The notes below the pieces were generated by a model that made no database searches, had not been told where the DNA came from, and saw only the letters and a program-made list of their open reading frames with translations. A stretch of DNA of 61,883 bases, the filler included, from Actinomycetota bacterium (GTDB lineage Bacteria > Actinomycetota > Acidimicrobiia > Spongiisociales > UBA4744): assembly GCA_013152275.1 (NCBI GenBank). It is 5 parts of 5 records of this genome, joined end to end, with 100 filler letters (N's around TTAATTAATTAA, not from the genome) between each part and the next. Parts side by side here need not be neighbours in the genome. Positions count along the whole stretch, not along the records: positions 1 to 23,726 come from JAADGS010000086.1; 4 more parts are not named here. One strand, given 5' to 3'. Below, piece after piece: positions 1 to 11,575 of this stretch; position 1 is the first letter of the stretch, and each line of letters starts with the position of its first letter. The position numbers and the translations under genes were made by a program.

Positions 1-105
1 CCTGTGGTCGAGGAGGCCCCTGTGGTCGAGGAGACCCCTGTGGTCGAGGAGACCCCCGTGGCTGAGGAGACCCCCGTGGCTGAGGAGACCCCTGTGGCTG
101 AGGAC
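1..105 (+). repeat. Coding 18-bp tandem repeat (about 6 units, ccYgtggYYgaggagRcc)
   Basis: Directly visible in the sequence. Confidence 0.9.
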
Positions 106-162
106 GCTGCCGATAAGGGCACCGAGACCGATGATGAAGACGCTGCTTCCGAGGAGGAATGA
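1..162 (+). CDS. rplJ: C-terminal fragment of probable 50S ribosomal protein L10, with acidic PV(V/A)EE(T/A) repeat tail (5'-truncated)
   Basis: Open frame 1 reads [53 protein letters not shown], stopping 1 nt before the rplL ATG. Identity inferred only from the conserved rplJ-rplL gene order. Confidence 0.65.
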   Translation, partial: PVVEEAPVVEETPVVEETPVAEETPVAEETPVAEDAADKGTETDDEDAASEEE

Positions 163-163
163 C

Positions 164-547
164 ATGGCCAAAATGACGACAGAAGAACTCTTGGAAGTCT
201 TTGAAGGAATGACCGTCCTGGAGTTGAAAGATTTTCTCGATGCGTTCGAGGAGAAGTTCGATGTGACCGCGGCCGCACCGATCACCGTGGCTGCAGTTGC
301 CGCCGGTGGCGGCGAGGACGCCGCCGAGCAGGAGAAAGACGAGTTCGATGTCGTTCTCTCCGCGATCGGCGACAAGAAGATCCAGGTCATCAAAGAAGTT
401 CGGGCTCTGACCAGCCTCGGATTGAAAGAGGCCAAGGCGTTGGTCGACAATGCACCCGGAGTCGTGCTCGAGGGTGTCGACAAAGAGGCTGCCGAGAAGG
501 CCAAAGAACAACTCGAGAGCGCCGGAGCAACCGTCGAACTCAAGTAG
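164..547 (+). CDS. rplL: 50S ribosomal protein L7/L12
   Basis: [21 protein letters not shown]...[25 protein letters not shown]...GATVELK; GAGGAGG SD upstream of ATG 164. Confidence 0.98.
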   Translation: MAKMTTEELLEVFEGMTVLELKDFLDAFEEKFDVTAAAPITVAAVAAGGGEDAAEQEKDEFDVVLSAIGDKKIQVIKEVRALTSLGLKEAKALVDNAPGVVLEGVDKEAAEKAKEQLESAGATVELK

Positions 548-604
548 CACCGAGCACCTGGCACCTGGCACCTGGCGCCAGGTGCCGGCTGCCTGTGTTT
601 ACCC

Positions 605-633
605 TTGACCTCGCCTGGCCAAGACGATATGTT
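605..633 (+). promoter_or_regulatory. Putative housekeeping sigma promoter for rpoBC
   Basis: TTGACC-N17-TATGTT. Confidence 0.6.
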
Positions 634-754
634 GGTTCTGCAAGAGGTCGACAGAGGTCGGCCGATCAGGTTCGTATTGCCGCTTGGGTAGGTGTGTGTT
701 ACCCTGGCTTTTCGCCGTTCGCAGTCAGGTCCCAAGGGTTCAAGGAGAAGTCAG

Positions 755-3700
755 TTGCCCTCGCGCGTCAGCCCACGTCTGTCCTTTGCAAAAATCCCCG
801 AAGTTCTGCCGATCCCCAATCTCCTCGCTCTTCAATACGAAAGTTTCCAGTGGTTTCTCGAAGAGGGACTGAAGGAGATCTTCGACGCGATCTCGCCGAT
901 TGAAGACTTTACGGGGGAGCTTGCGCTCGATCTCGCAGACCATCGCTTCGGGGATCCGCCGCGTTCCGTCGAAGAATGCAAGGAACGCGATGCCCATTAC
1001 TCGCGTCCTCTGTTCGTCACCGCCCGGTTCGTCAACAAGAAGACCGGAGAGATCAAAGAGCAGCAGGTGTTCCTCGGCGATTTCCCGATGATGACCGACA
1101 AGAGCGTGTTCATCATCAACGGCACCGAGCGTGTCGTGGTCAGCCAGCTCGTGCGGTCACCCGGTGTCTACTTCGACCGTACGCCGGACAAGACCTCCGA
1201 TCGCGAGATCCACAGTACGAAGATGATCCCCGGCCGAGGTGCATGGCTCGAGTTCGACACGGACAAGCGCGGCACGATCGGCGTGCGCGTTGATCGGAAG
1301 CGTCGTCAGCATGTCACCGCGTTCCTGCGGGCGCTCGGCATCGCCGAGACGGACGAGGAGATCCTCGACTTGTTCGAAGGCGCGGCAGCCATCCGGACGA
1401 CGCTCGAACGTGATACGACGATCGATCGCGAGGACGCACTCCTGGATCTGTATCGCAAGCTCCGTCCGGGTGAGCCGACGACGGTCGAGTCTGCTCGTGG
1501 ACTGTTGCAGACACTGTTCAAGAATCCCAAGCGTTACGACCTGACCAAGGTTGGTCGCTACAAGATGAACCAGAAGTTCGGTCGTCCGATTCCGGAGGAG
1601 TATGAGCCGGCCACGATGGGACTGTTGACCGACGACGACATCCTCGATGCGATCGGCTACCTCATCGCCCTGCACGCCGGTCAGGCGATGTTCATGACCA
1701 GGGCCGGGATCGAGATCCCGGTACGGATCGATGACATAGACCATTTTGGCAACCGTCGTATTCGGACCGTTGGTGAACTGATCCAGAACCAGGTGCGCGT
1801 CGGGTTGACTCGACTGGAGCGGGTGGTTCGTGAGCGGATGACGACACAGGATTCCGATGCGATCACACCCCAGAGCCTGATCAACATCCGTCCCGTCATC
1901 TCGGCCATCAACGAGTTCTTCGGCTCGAGTCAGTTGAGCCAGTTCATGGACCAGCCGAACCCGCTCGCCGGAGTCACCCACCGGCGCCGTCTCTCCGCGC
2001 TTGGGCCGGGCGGTCTCTCCCGTGAACGGGCAGGATTCGAGGTTCGTGACGTTCACTCGTCTCACTACGGCCGCATGTGTCCGATCGAGACGCCGGAAGG
2101 TCCGAACATCGGCCTGATCGGTTCGTTGGCCACGTACGCACAGGTCAACAAGTACGGATTCATCGAGACTCCCTACCGCAAGGTCGTCGATGGGAAGGTG
2201 ACCAATCAGATCGACTATCTGACCGCTTCGGAAGAGGAGCGTTTCGTCATCGCGCAGGCCAACGCCGCGCTGAATGCCGACGGTACGTTCGCCAAGGACA
2301 GGGTTCTCGTGCGGATGTCCGGTGGTGGCGGCGAAGTCGACTCTGTGCCGCCATCGGAGATCGACTACATGGACGTCTCTCCGAAGCAGATCGTCTCGAT
2401 TGCCACGGCACTGATTCCGTTCCTCGAACACGACGATGCGAACCGGGCGTTGATGGGGTCGAACATGCAGCGACAGGCTGTGCCCCTCGTACACCCCGAA
2501 GCACCGCTCGTCGGAACCGGTATCGAAAGTCGGCTTGCCCTGGACTCGGGTGACATGGTCGTCTCGAAGGTCGCCGGCACGGTCGTCGACGTGACGGGCG
2601 ACTCCATCGTCATCAAGGAAACCGGCAAGAACGTCAAGCACATTCACAGGGTGCAGAAGTTCGAACGTTCGAACCAGGGGACGTCGATGAACCAGAAGCC
2701 GATCGTTTCGATCGGGGACAAGGTCAAAGTCGGGTCCGTTCTCGCCGATGGTCACTCGACCGATCGTGGCGAGTTGGCTCTCGGGCGAAACCTGCTCGTG
2801 GCGTTCATGCCGTGGAGGGGACACAACTACGAGGACGCGATCGTGATCTCCGAGCGGCTCGTCAAAGAAGACGTCCTCACTTCGATCCACATAGAGGAGC
2901 ACGAGATCAGGGCCAGGGATACCAAACTGGGCGCCGAAGAGATCACTCGGGACATCCCGAACGTGGCGGAGGAATCCCTCAGGAATCTCGACGATGACGG
3001 GATCATCCGTGTCGGGGCCGAAGTCGGACCCGGTGACTACCTGGTCGGCAAGGTCACTCCGAAAGGCGAGACCGAACTGACGCCGGAAGAGCGGCTGCTG
3101 AGGGCCATCTTTGGTGAGAAAGCCCGCGAGGTCCGTGACACGTCGCTGCGCGTGCCGCACGGCGAGACCGGCAAGATCATCGGCGTTCGCATTCTGCGGC
3201 GTGCTGAAGGGTACGACCTCAAACCCGGCGTCAATGAGATGGTGCGGGTCTACGTCGCCCAGCAGCGCAAGATATCGGCCGGTGACAAGCTGGCGGGTCG
3301 CCACGGAAACAAGGGTGTGATCTCCAAGGTTCTGCCCGTCGAGGACATGCCGTTCCTCGCGGACGGCACCCCGGTGGACATCATCCTGTCGCCGCTCGGT
3401 GTGCCGTCACGGATGAATCTCGGCCAGGTGTTGGAGACCCACCTCGGGTGGGCAGCCGCACAGGGATGGGAACCGTTCGAAGGGGACAGCCCTGCGGCCA
3501 AAGGCGCCGAACCGTGGACCCGGGTCGCAACGCCCGTATTCGACGGAGCCGGCGAAGACGAGATAGCCGATGTCATCGCACACGCGTTGCCCAATCGCGA
3601 CGGGCAACGGCTCGTCAACGAGTCCGGCAAAGCCGTGCTCTACGACGGTCGCGACGGCGAGCCGTTCGATACCCCGATCACGGTGGGCTACATCTACGTC

Positions 3701-4138
3701 TTGAAACTGGTCCACCTCGTCGACGACAAGATCCATGCCCGTTCGACCGGCCCCTACTCGATGATCACCCAGCAGCCTCTTGGAGGCAAGGCCCAGTTCG
3801 GCGGGCAGCGGTTCGGAGAGATGGAGGTGTGGGCGTTGGAGGCCTACGGTGCCGCCTATGCGCTCCAGGAGCTGCTCACGATCAAGTCGGATGATGTCGC
3901 AGGCCGTGTGAAGGTCTACGAGGCGATCGTCAAGGGTGAGAACATTCCGGAGCCGGGGATACCGGAATCGTTCAAGGTCCTGATCAAGGAAATGCAGAGT
4001 CTCTGCCTCAACGTCGAGATGCTCTCGGCGGGTGAGGAAGTGGAACTCCGCGACCTGGAAGAAGACGTCTACCGCACGACAGAATCTCTTGGGATCGACT
4101 TGTCCCGTCCTGAACGCCGCGAGACCACCACCGTCTGA
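755..4138 (+). CDS. rpoB: DNA-directed RNA polymerase beta subunit
   Basis: [46 protein letters not shown] motifs; TTG start at 755 behind an AAGGAG SD. Confidence 0.99.
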   Translation: MPSRVSPRLSFAKIPEVLPIPNLLALQYESFQWFLEEGLKEIFDAISPIEDFTGELALDLADHRFGDPPRSVEECKERDAHYSRPLFVTARFVNKKTGEIKEQQVFLGDFPMMTDKSVFIINGTERVVVSQLVRSPGVYFDRTPDKTSDREIHSTKMIPGRGAWLEFDTDKRGTIGVRVDRKRRQHVTAFLRALGIAETDEEILDLFEGAAAIRTTLERDTTIDREDALLDLYRKLRPGEPTTVESARGLLQTLFKNPKRYDLTKVGRYKMNQKFGRPIPEEYEPATMGLLTDDDILDAIGYLIALHAGQAMFMTRAGIEIPVRIDDIDHFGNRRIRTVGELIQNQVRVGLTRLERVVRERMTTQDSDAITPQSLINIRPVISAINEFFGSSQLSQFMDQPNPLAGVTHRRRLSALGPGGLSRERAGFEVRDVHSSHYGRMCPIETPEGPNIGLIGSLATYAQVNKYGFIETPYRKVVDGKVTNQIDYLTASEEERFVIAQANAALNADGTFAKDRVLVRMSGGGGEVDSVPPSEIDYMDVSPKQIVSIATALIPFLEHDDANRALMGSNMQRQAVPLVHPEAPLVGTGIESRLALDSGDMVVSKVAGTVVDVTGDSIVIKETGKNVKHIHRVQKFERSNQGTSMNQKPIVSIGDKVKVGSVLADGHSTDRGELALGRNLLVAFMPWRGHNYEDAIVISERLVKEDVLTSIHIEEHEIRARDTKLGAEEITRDIPNVAEESLRNLDDDGIIRVGAEVGPGDYLVGKVTPKGETELTPEERLLRAIFGEKAREVRDTSLRVPHGETGKIIGVRILRRAEGYDLKPGVNEMVRVYVAQQRKISAGDKLAGRHGNKGVISKVLPVEDMPFLADGTPVDIILSPLGVPSRMNLGQVLETHLGWAAAQGWEPFEGDSPAAKGAEPWTRVATPVFDGAGEDEIADVIAHALPNRDGQRLVNESGKAVLYDGRDGEPFDTPITVGYIYVLKLVHLVDDKIHARSTGPYSMITQQPLGGKAQFGGQRFGEMEVWALEAYGAAYALQELLTIKSDDVAGRVKVYEAIVKGENIPEPGIPESFKVLIKEMQSLCLNVEMLSAGEEVELRDLEEDVYRTTESLGIDLSRPERRETTTV

Positions 4139-4164
4139 CCAAACACACACCGGGAAGGAGTGCT

Positions 4165-7100
4165 GTGCGCCAGCCCTTCGATGAACTGAAGATCAGCCTT
4201 GCGACGACCGACCAGATTCGGTCCTGGTCGTACGGCGAGGTGAAGAAACCCGAGACGATCAACTACCGGACACTGAAGCCCGAGAAAGATGGTCTGTTCG
4301 ACGAACGGATCTTCGGGCCGACGAAGGACTGGGAGTGCTACTGCGGCAAGTACAAGCGCATCCGCTACAAGGGGATCGTGTGCGAACGATGCGGTGTGGA
4401 GGTCACGCGTTCCAAGGTTCGGCGTGAGCGAATGGGCCACATCGAGCTCGCAGCGCCGGTGACGCACATCTGGTTCTTCAAAGGGGTGCCCAGCCGTCTC
4501 GGATACCTGCTCGACATGTCTCCGAAAGAACTCGAGAAGGTCATCTACTTCGCCGCGTATCTCGTGACGTACGTCGACGATGAGCGGCGTCACAAGGACC
4601 TCTCCGAGCTGGAAGATACGATGCGCGCCGAACTCGAGGTCATCAGCGAAGAACTCGAAGAGTGGCGAGCGGCGCGTCTGGAGCGTCTGGAGCAGGAGCT
4701 CTCGCAGATGGAAGAGGGCGGAGCGAAAGCTCAGGAGATCAGCGCACGACGCCGTGAGGTCGAGAAGGAGATCAAGGAACGCGCAGAACGTGCGGCCCGC
4801 GAATCCGAGCTCGTCGAAGAGGCTTTCGACACCTTCCGTGTCATGGGACCCAAGACCCTCGTCGAGTCGGAGCCGCTCTGGCGACAGATCGTCGAGCGGT
4901 ACGAGTCCTATTACGTCGGCGGGATGGGAGCCGAGGCGATCAAAGACCTCTTGAGCCGAGTCGACCTCGACGCGGAGATGGAGAGACTGATCGCCGACCT
5001 CGACGCCCGTTCCGCACAGCGCAGGCATCGGGCGACGCAGCGGATGAAGGTGGTCAAGCCCTTCCATGAGGGCAAGAACGATCCGACGGCGATGATCCTG
5101 GAAGCAGTTCCGGTGATCCCGCCCGAGCTGCGGCCGATGGTGCAGCTCGATGGTGGTCGGTTCGCCACGAGCGATCTCAACGATCTGTATCGCCGCGTCA
5201 TCAACCGGAACAACCGCCTCAAGCGACTCCTGGACCTGGGTGCCCCGGAGATCATCATCAACAACGAGAAGCGGATGCTGCAAGAAGCCGTTGATGCCCT
5301 CTTCGACAACGGCCGACGTGGCCGTGCGGTGACTGGGCCGGGCAACCGCGCGCTCAAGTCGCTGTCGGACATGCTCAAGGGCAAGCAGGGCCGGTTCCGT
5401 CAGAACCTGCTTGGCAAGCGTGTCGACTACTCGGCCCGTTCGGTGATCGTTGTCGGGCCTTCGCTGCAGCTGCATCAGTGTGGGCTGCCGAAGGTCATGG
5501 CGCTCGAGCTGTTCAAGCCTTTCGTGATGAAACGACTTGTCGACCAGGACCTCGCCCAGAACATCAAATCCGCCAAGCGGATGGTCGAGCGTCATCGGCC
5601 GCAGGTTTGGGATGTGCTCGCCGACGTGATTCAGGAACACCCCGTGTTCCTGAACCGCGCACCGACGTTGCACCGTCTCGGCATCCAGGCGTTTGAGCCC
5701 ATCCTCGTCGAGGGCAAGGCCATTCAGATTCACCCGCTCGTCTGTGAGGCGTTCAACGCCGACTTCGACGGTGACCAGATGGCCGTTCACTTGCCGCTGT
5801 CTGCAGAGGCGCAGGCCGAGGCCCGTGTTCTCATGCTCTCCGCGAACAACGTGCTCTCGCCGGCGAGCGGGCGACCGATCGTCACTCCGAGCCAGGACAT
5901 GGTCATCGGTGTCTACTACCTTTCCGAGATCGTCGAAGATGCGAAAGGGACAGGGTCGATTTTCAGCAACGTCGACGAGGCAGTGATGGCGTACGAGTCG
6001 GGTCATGTGTCCCTCCACGCTCCGGTGAAGATCCGGGTCGGTGAGATCGCCGGTTCTGCAGAGATGCACGACCTGCTGAAGGGGTCGTTGGCCTCGCTGC
6101 TCACCGAAGATCCCGTCGACGGATCTCGACCGCTGGATACGACCGTTGGTCGTGCGATTCTGAACGGAGCATTCCCGCTCAACTTCCCGTATGTGGATGC
6201 CGTCGTATTGAAGTCCGACATCCGGCGTCTGATCGAGGAGATCATCGCCAACTACAAGAAGAACGAGGTGCAGAAGTTCCTCGACGCGATCAAGGACCTC
6301 GGCTTCTACTACTCGACTCGTGCGGGGTTGACGATCGGTCTCGGCGACGTGAAGACGCCTCCGGAGAAGGGGAAGATCATCGCCAGGTATGAGAAGGTTG
6401 CCGAGAAGGTTCAGCAGCAGTTCCTCAAAGGGGTGATCACCGACGACGAGCGGCGTCAGGAACTGATCGAGATCTGGATGAGAGCCACCGATGAAGTCAA
6501 GGATGCCATGGAGGTGACGCTCAAGGCGGAGAAGTTCAACCCGATCGACATGATGATCCGCTCCGGCGCTCGGGGCAATGTCATGCAGGCCCGGCAGATT
6601 GCAGGGATGCGTGGGCTGGTGGCCAATCCGAAGGGCGACATCATTCCCCGTCCGATCATCTCGAACTTCCGGGAGGGCCTGTCCGTTCTCGAGTATTTCA
6701 TCTCGACCCACGGGGCTCGCAAAGGCCTCGCGGATACTGCGTTGCGGACCGCCGACTCTGGTTACCTGACTCGGCGTCTCGTCGATGTGAGCCAGGAAGT
6801 CATCGTCAGCGAGGAAGACTGCGAGTCGGATCGTGGGATCGTCGTTCTTGTCCGTGACGAGTACGACCGTCCGATACGTAACGCTCATACCAGCTTGTTC
6901 AGCAGAACACTCGCCGAAGACGTCAAGGTCGGGCGGAAGCTGGTAGAGACCGACCACGGTGTCAAACTGCGGGCCGGCACGGTCATCGGACGGCCGGAGA
7001 TCCTTGCCCTCGCGAATGCCGAGGACGTCAAGAAGGTCAAGGTTCGATCCGTGCTGACCTGTGATTCGGAGTACGGCGTGTGTGGTACCTGTTACGGGAT

Positions 7101-8094
7101 GAGTCTTGCCACAGGCCGGACGGTCGAACTCGGCGAGGCTGTGGGGATCATGGGCGCCCAGTCGATCGGTGAGCCGGGAACACAGCTGACGATGCGGACC
7201 TTCCACACCGGCGGTGTTGCCGGCGCGGACATCACTCATGGTCTTCCCCGAGTCGTGGAGCTGTTTGAAGCCCGCACCCCGAAGGGCAAGGCGGTGCTCG
7301 CCGAAGTCGGTGGTGTCGTCCATGTCGAGGAAGACGAGGAAGGTCGCCGCGTGATTGTCGACGGTCCTGAAGGCGAGGCCACGTACACGATCTCGCGTCG
7401 TGCCCGGGTGCTCGTTCAGGAGGGCTCCGAAATCGAGCCGGGTACTCCGCTCACGCAAGGATCACTCGATCCGAAGGAGGTCCTGGAGATCTCCGGCGTG
7501 CGAACCGCCCAGAAGTATCTCGTCGATCAGGTCCAGAACGTGTACCGGTCCCAGGGTGTGGACATCCACGACAAGCACATCGAGTTGATCGTGCGCCAGA
7601 TGCTGCGTCGGATCCGCGTCGTGAGTGTGAACGATTCCTCGTTCCTTCCGGCGGAACTCGTGGATGAGCGCCGCTTCCGTGACGCCAATCGGGCGCTCGT
7701 CGGTGAAGGCAAGACGCCGGCAGAAGGCCGTGCCGAACTGATGGGGATCACGAAGGCTTCTCTGGCAACGGACTCGTGGCTGTCGGCCGCTTCGTTCCAG
7801 GAGACCACCCGCGTGCTGACCGAGGCAGCGATCTCCGCCAAATCCGACCACATGCGCGGTCTCAAGGAGAACGTGATCATCGGCAAGCTGATCCCGGCGG
7901 GGACGGGATCCAAGATGTACCAGTCGATCGAGCCGGTCCTTCCCGATGCGGCACCGATGTCGGCGCTCGGATTGTTCGGAGAGCCGACCCCTTCGACGTC
8001 GGAAGAGGACATGCTGCCGGCAGATCCGGCGGAATGGTTGGCATCACTCGGCGGATCCGAACCCATCCAACCGGAAGACGACGACGACGAATGA
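4165..8094 (+). CDS. rpoC: DNA-directed RNA polymerase beta' subunit
   Basis: [12 protein letters not shown] catalytic motif, N-terminal Zn finger, [12 protein letters not shown]. Confidence 0.99.
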   Translation: MRQPFDELKISLATTDQIRSWSYGEVKKPETINYRTLKPEKDGLFDERIFGPTKDWECYCGKYKRIRYKGIVCERCGVEVTRSKVRRERMGHIELAAPVTHIWFFKGVPSRLGYLLDMSPKELEKVIYFAAYLVTYVDDERRHKDLSELEDTMRAELEVISEELEEWRAARLERLEQELSQMEEGGAKAQEISARRREVEKEIKERAERAARESELVEEAFDTFRVMGPKTLVESEPLWRQIVERYESYYVGGMGAEAIKDLLSRVDLDAEMERLIADLDARSAQRRHRATQRMKVVKPFHEGKNDPTAMILEAVPVIPPELRPMVQLDGGRFATSDLNDLYRRVINRNNRLKRLLDLGAPEIIINNEKRMLQEAVDALFDNGRRGRAVTGPGNRALKSLSDMLKGKQGRFRQNLLGKRVDYSARSVIVVGPSLQLHQCGLPKVMALELFKPFVMKRLVDQDLAQNIKSAKRMVERHRPQVWDVLADVIQEHPVFLNRAPTLHRLGIQAFEPILVEGKAIQIHPLVCEAFNADFDGDQMAVHLPLSAEAQAEARVLMLSANNVLSPASGRPIVTPSQDMVIGVYYLSEIVEDAKGTGSIFSNVDEAVMAYESGHVSLHAPVKIRVGEIAGSAEMHDLLKGSLASLLTEDPVDGSRPLDTTVGRAILNGAFPLNFPYVDAVVLKSDIRRLIEEIIANYKKNEVQKFLDAIKDLGFYYSTRAGLTIGLGDVKTPPEKGKIIARYEKVAEKVQQQFLKGVITDDERRQELIEIWMRATDEVKDAMEVTLKAEKFNPIDMMIRSGARGNVMQARQIAGMRGLVANPKGDIIPRPIISNFREGLSVLEYFISTHGARKGLADTALRTADSGYLTRRLVDVSQEVIVSEEDCESDRGIVVLVRDEYDRPIRNAHTSLFSRTLAEDVKVGRKLVETDHGVKLRAGTVIGRPEILALANAEDVKKVKVRSVLTCDSEYGVCGTCYGMSLATGRTVELGEAVGIMGAQSIGEPGTQLTMRTFHTGGVAGADITHGLPRVVELFEARTPKGKAVLAEVGGVVHVEEDEEGRRVIVDGPEGEATYTISRRARVLVQEGSEIEPGTPLTQGSLDPKEVLEISGVRTAQKYLVDQVQNVYRSQGVDIHDKHIELIVRQMLRRIRVVSVNDSSFLPAELVDERRFRDANRALVGEGKTPAEGRAELMGITKASLATDSWLSAASFQETTRVLTEAAISAKSDHMRGLKENVIIGKLIPAGTGSKMYQSIEPVLPDAAPMSALGLFGEPTPSTSEEDMLPADPAEWLASLGGSEPIQPEDDDDE

Positions 8095-8132
8095 TGATGC
8101 CGGATCCGGGAGGGTCCACATCGGTGTTTGGT

Positions 8133-8166
8133 GAGAAGTACCGGGCGGTACCGCCCGGTACTTCTC
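8133..8166. terminator. Perfect 34-bp palindrome between convergent rpoC and livF; probable bidirectional terminator
   Basis: gagaagtaccgggcggt|accgcccggtacttctc. Confidence 0.6.
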
Positions 8167-8226
8167 CTTTCTCACCGATCACGGATTACTGATCACTGGC
8201 AACCGGGTCTCGGGCGGGCGAGTCTG

Positions 8227-8940
8227 TCAGATCCCCAGATACGCCTGCTTGACGGCATCGTTCTGTTCGATCTCTGCAGACGTTCCGTGGAAGTCGACTT
8301 TGCCTTCGCTCATGACGAAGGCGTACTCGCTGACTTTGAGGGCCATGCGGACATTCTGTTCGACGAGCAGAATCGTCAGGCCTTCCCGCTGGAGCTGCTG
8401 AAGAGAATGGAACAGCTCGAGGGTGAGCACCGGTGCGAGACCGAGGGACAGTTCGTCGATCATGAGGATCTTTGGTTCCGCCATGATCCCGCGGGCCACG
8501 GCGAGCATCTGCTGCTCACCGCCACTCATGGTTCCGGCGCTCTGCTTGGAGCGTTCTTCGAGCCGTGGAAACAGTGTGAATACCTTTGTGAGATTGCTGT
8601 CCATGCGGGCGCGGGCCCGTTTCGGCGTCGCGCCCATCTCGAGGTTCTCGCGAACGGTCATGTCGCTGAAGAGCTGGCGCCCTTCCGGGACCATGATCAT
8701 GCCGAGTTCCGCCTTCGCATGAGCCGGCATCCGGCTGACATCTTCGCCCTGGAATGTCACGGTGCCTTCCCACGGGGTGATCTGACCCATGATCGTGCGG
8801 AGCAACGTCGTTTTTCCTGCGCCGTTGGAACCCACCAACGCCGTGAGTTTGCCTTCTTCCACGACCAGGTCGAGACCCCAGAGGATCTGCAGTTCTCCGT
8901 AGCCGGAGACGACGCCGCGGACGTCGAGCATTTCCATCAC
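8227..8940 (-). CDS. livF: Branched-chain amino acid-type ABC transporter ATPase (LivF-like)
   Basis: GSNGAGKTT, MSGGEQQM, VPEGRQLF. Confidence 0.9.
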   Translation of the reverse strand: MMEMLDVRGVVSGYGELQILWGLDLVVEEGKLTALVGSNGAGKTTLLRTIMGQITPWEGTVTFQGEDVSRMPAHAKAELGMIMVPEGRQLFSDMTVRENLEMGATPKRARARMDSNLTKVFTLFPRLEERSKQSAGTMSGGEQQMLAVARGIMAEPKILMIDELSLGLAPVLTLELFHSLQQLQREGLTILLVEQNVRMALKVSEYAFVMSEGKVDFHGTSAEIEQNDAVKQAYLGI

Positions 8941-9689
8941 GACCTCCCCTCTTCCAGGATCTGGGCTGCCAGCTCCGGATTGCCGAGGTATGCCTCGATG
9001 ACCTGCTCGTCCTCGGAGACTTCCGATGGGGTCCCATCCGCGATCATTCCTCCGTAGTTGAGGACGATGATCCGGTCGGAGAGGTTCATGATGGCATGCA
9101 TGATGTGCTCGATCATGATGATCGTGACACCCTGGTCCCTGATCTGGCGGATGGTGGTGAGCATGCCGTGGACTTCCGTCTGGTTCAGTCCTGCCAGCAC
9201 CTCGTCGAGCAGCAGCAGATGCGGTCTCGCTGCGAGCGCTCGAGCCATTTCGAGTCGCTTCTTCTGCGCAACATTCAGACTGCCCGCAAGCATCTCCGAG
9301 CGTTCGTGAAGATGCACGAACTCCATCACCTCGTCGGCCACGTCGCCGGCGGCTCCGATCGAGAGGTCGTCCTTGCCGTAGCAGGCGCCGACGATCACGT
9401 TCTGGCGAACCGTCAGCTCATTCAAAGGGCGGACGATCTGATGTGTTCGGGACAACCCCAGATGGGCGATGCGGTAGGTCCGCTTGCCGGTGATGTCGGT
9501 TCCGCGAAAGATGATCTTGCCGTGAGTCGGGGAGAAGACGCCGTTGATGCAGTTGAACAAGGTTGTCTTGCCGGCCCCGTTCGGGCCGATCATCCCAAGG
9601 ATCTCGCCACCGTGGAGTGAGAAACTCACGTTGTCGACGGCGGTAAGCCCGCCGAACTGCTTCGTGACCTCTTGGACCTGCAGAATCAT
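8937..9689 (-). CDS. livG: Branched-chain amino acid-type ABC transporter ATPase (LivG-like)
   Basis: GPNGAGKTTLFN, LLLLDE, C-terminal VIEAYLG. Confidence 0.9.
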   Translation of the reverse strand: MILQVQEVTKQFGGLTAVDNVSFSLHGGEILGMIGPNGAGKTTLFNCINGVFSPTHGKIIFRGTDITGKRTYRIAHLGLSRTHQIVRPLNELTVRQNVIVGACYGKDDLSIGAAGDVADEVMEFVHLHERSEMLAGSLNVAQKKRLEMARALAARPHLLLLDEVLAGLNQTEVHGMLTTIRQIRDQGVTIIMIEHIMHAIMNLSDRIIVLNYGGMIADGTPSEVSEDEQVIEAYLGNPELAAQILEEGRS

Positions 9690-10648
9690 TCGAGCACCTT
9701 CCGCAGGCGGGGGAAGCGTTTGCGTAACCAGCCGATGGCTCCACCCGGGATGAACAAGATGATCAGCAGGAGCAGGAGGCCGGCCACGGCGAGCTGCACG
9801 TTCTTGAAAACGGGGCTTGTGAGGAGCGACCTGCGAAGCTGCTGGTAGACACCGGCACCGAGTACGGGCCCGATCACCGTTCCGAAACCTCCGAGCATGA
9901 CCATCACGATCAGCTCTATGGACTGCTGGAGCCGAAAGGCGTCACCGGGCTCGATGTTGCCGTTCTTGAAGAAGAACAGCACACCGATGAGGCCGGGGAA
10001 GACCGCAGACAACACATAAGACCAGGTCTTCGCGTTCGGAGCGTTGACTCCCATGACCTCTGCTGCGTCTTCATCTTCCCGTATCGCCAGCAACCCCAGT
10101 CCAAACTTGGAGCGCTTGACCACGTACGAGACCACGATGACGATCACGGTGATGGCCGCAACGGCCCAATAGACGGTCCACAGTGCGGTCGCCGCGCCCC
10201 CGTATTCCTTGTAGACCGAGAACTTCAGATCCATCCCGACGGGACCGCCGAAGGGTTTGAAGTTGTTGACGAGCGCCCGCATGGCCTCGTTCACTCCAAT
10301 CGTGGCCAGAGCGAAATACGCACCTCGTAAATGGAGGATCGACTTGCCGAGTCCGAGGGCGAGCAGGCCGGCAGCCACTCCGCCGGCGAGCACCGAGAGC
10401 CACAGGCTCCAGCCCAGCTGGCTGACCGTGTAGAAGCCGACGTAACCGCCCACGCCGAAGAACACGATATGACCGAACGACACATAGCCGGTGTAGCCGA
10501 GCAGGATGTTGAGACTCGAGGCGAGAGCGATTGCCATGAGGATCGTGGACATGGATTCTCGCGTGCTCGCCTTTCCGGACACGGCCGGTATGAGGGCGAG
10601 AACGACCACGATGGCGACCGTGAGAAGGAGTCCTGGGACCCGCTTCAT
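9686..10648 (-). CDS. livM: Branched-chain amino acid-type ABC transporter permease (LivM-like)
   Basis: LLGYTGYVSFGH, LRGAYFALAT, AIREDEDAA motifs; ATG overlaps the upstream stop. Confidence 0.9.
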   Translation of the reverse strand: MKRVPGLLLTVAIVVVLALIPAVSGKASTRESMSTILMAIALASSLNILLGYTGYVSFGHIVFFGVGGYVGFYTVSQLGWSLWLSVLAGGVAAGLLALGLGKSILHLRGAYFALATIGVNEAMRALVNNFKPFGGPVGMDLKFSVYKEYGGAATALWTVYWAVAAITVIVIVVSYVVKRSKFGLGLLAIREDEDAAEVMGVNAPNAKTWSYVLSAVFPGLIGVLFFFKNGNIEPGDAFRLQQSIELIVMVMLGGFGTVIGPVLGAGVYQQLRRSLLTSPVFKNVQLAVAGLLLLLIILFIPGGAIGWLRKRFPRLRKVLE

Positions 10649-11511
10649 GACTTCTTCTTCCCGAACAGGCCTTGCGGCATGACGAGCAGGATCATGATGA
10701 AGAGAACGAACTCGAGTACCGGAACCCACGTCGTTTTCATGAACACGGGGACGATGCCCTCGATGAGACCGAGGATCAAGCCCCCAACCAGGGCGCCGAG
10801 AGGATTGCCGAGCCCTCCGAGCACGACGATCACGAAGCTCTTCAACTCGTAGATCCCACCCCCCAGGATGTTGATCGGCAGGATCGTCGAAATGAGCCCT
10901 CCCGCAATCATGGCGAGCATCGTGCCGATGCCGAACGTGAGCGCCAGGATTCGGGTCGAAGGGATGCCCATCAACTCGGCTGCCTGCCGGTTGTTGGCGA
11001 CCGCCCTGATGTACTTGCCGTGGCGCGTGCGATACATGAACCAGTAGAGGAGGAATGTCACCAGGATCGCCACGGCCGCTGCCGAGAGGCTGGTGCCGGT
11101 CACTGTGATGGGTCCGGCGCTCACACTTCCGAGCGTGTACTCGACGTTGTAGGACGTCGTCGACAGAATCGCCGTCCCAATTCCGATGATCATCATGTTG
11201 ACCGAGAACGTCGACAGGAGGCTCGACAGTGGTGGCGCGTCGATCACCCGGTGAACGGCGACGAAATAGACGAGGAATCCGAACGCCAGGCCGACGGCGG
11301 CGACGATGATCAAGGCAAGGAACGGATTCAGTCCCAAGAATGTGAAGAGCTCATAGACGCCGAACATCCCGATCGCGATCAGCGGTCCATGAGCCAAGTT
11401 GATGACGTCCATCACCCCCCAGATCAGCGTGAGACCCATCGCGGCTATGCCGTAGACGAATCCCATCAGCAGACCGTCGAACGATGACGCGACGAGCATG
11501 TCCAGGCTCAT
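10645..11511 (-). CDS. livH: Branched-chain amino acid-type ABC transporter permease (LivH-like)
   Basis: GLTLIWGVMDVINLAHG, VVLGGLGN motifs. Confidence 0.9.
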   Translation of the reverse strand: MSLDMLVASSFDGLLMGFVYGIAAMGLTLIWGVMDVINLAHGPLIAIGMFGVYELFTFLGLNPFLALIIVAAVGLAFGFLVYFVAVHRVIDAPPLSSLLSTFSVNMMIIGIGTAILSTTSYNVEYTLGSVSAGPITVTGTSLSAAAVAILVTFLLYWFMYRTRHGKYIRAVANNRQAAELMGIPSTRILALTFGIGTMLAMIAGGLISTILPINILGGGIYELKSFVIVVLGGLGNPLGALVGGLILGLIEGIVPVFMKTTWVPVLEFVLFIMILLVMPQGLFGKKKS

Positions 11512-11575
11512 GGGAGCCCCTTGGGCTGCAGCCCTCCCGTGGTGCTACGACCACGGGAGGGGAATCGATATACCG

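Noticed and set aside
1157..7458. Long antisense ORFs (715 aa and 1129 aa) opposite rpoB and rpoC, and many similar shadow ORFs elsewhere
   Set aside because: Expected mirror frames of high-GC coding sequence; no motifs; fully overlapped by certain genes.
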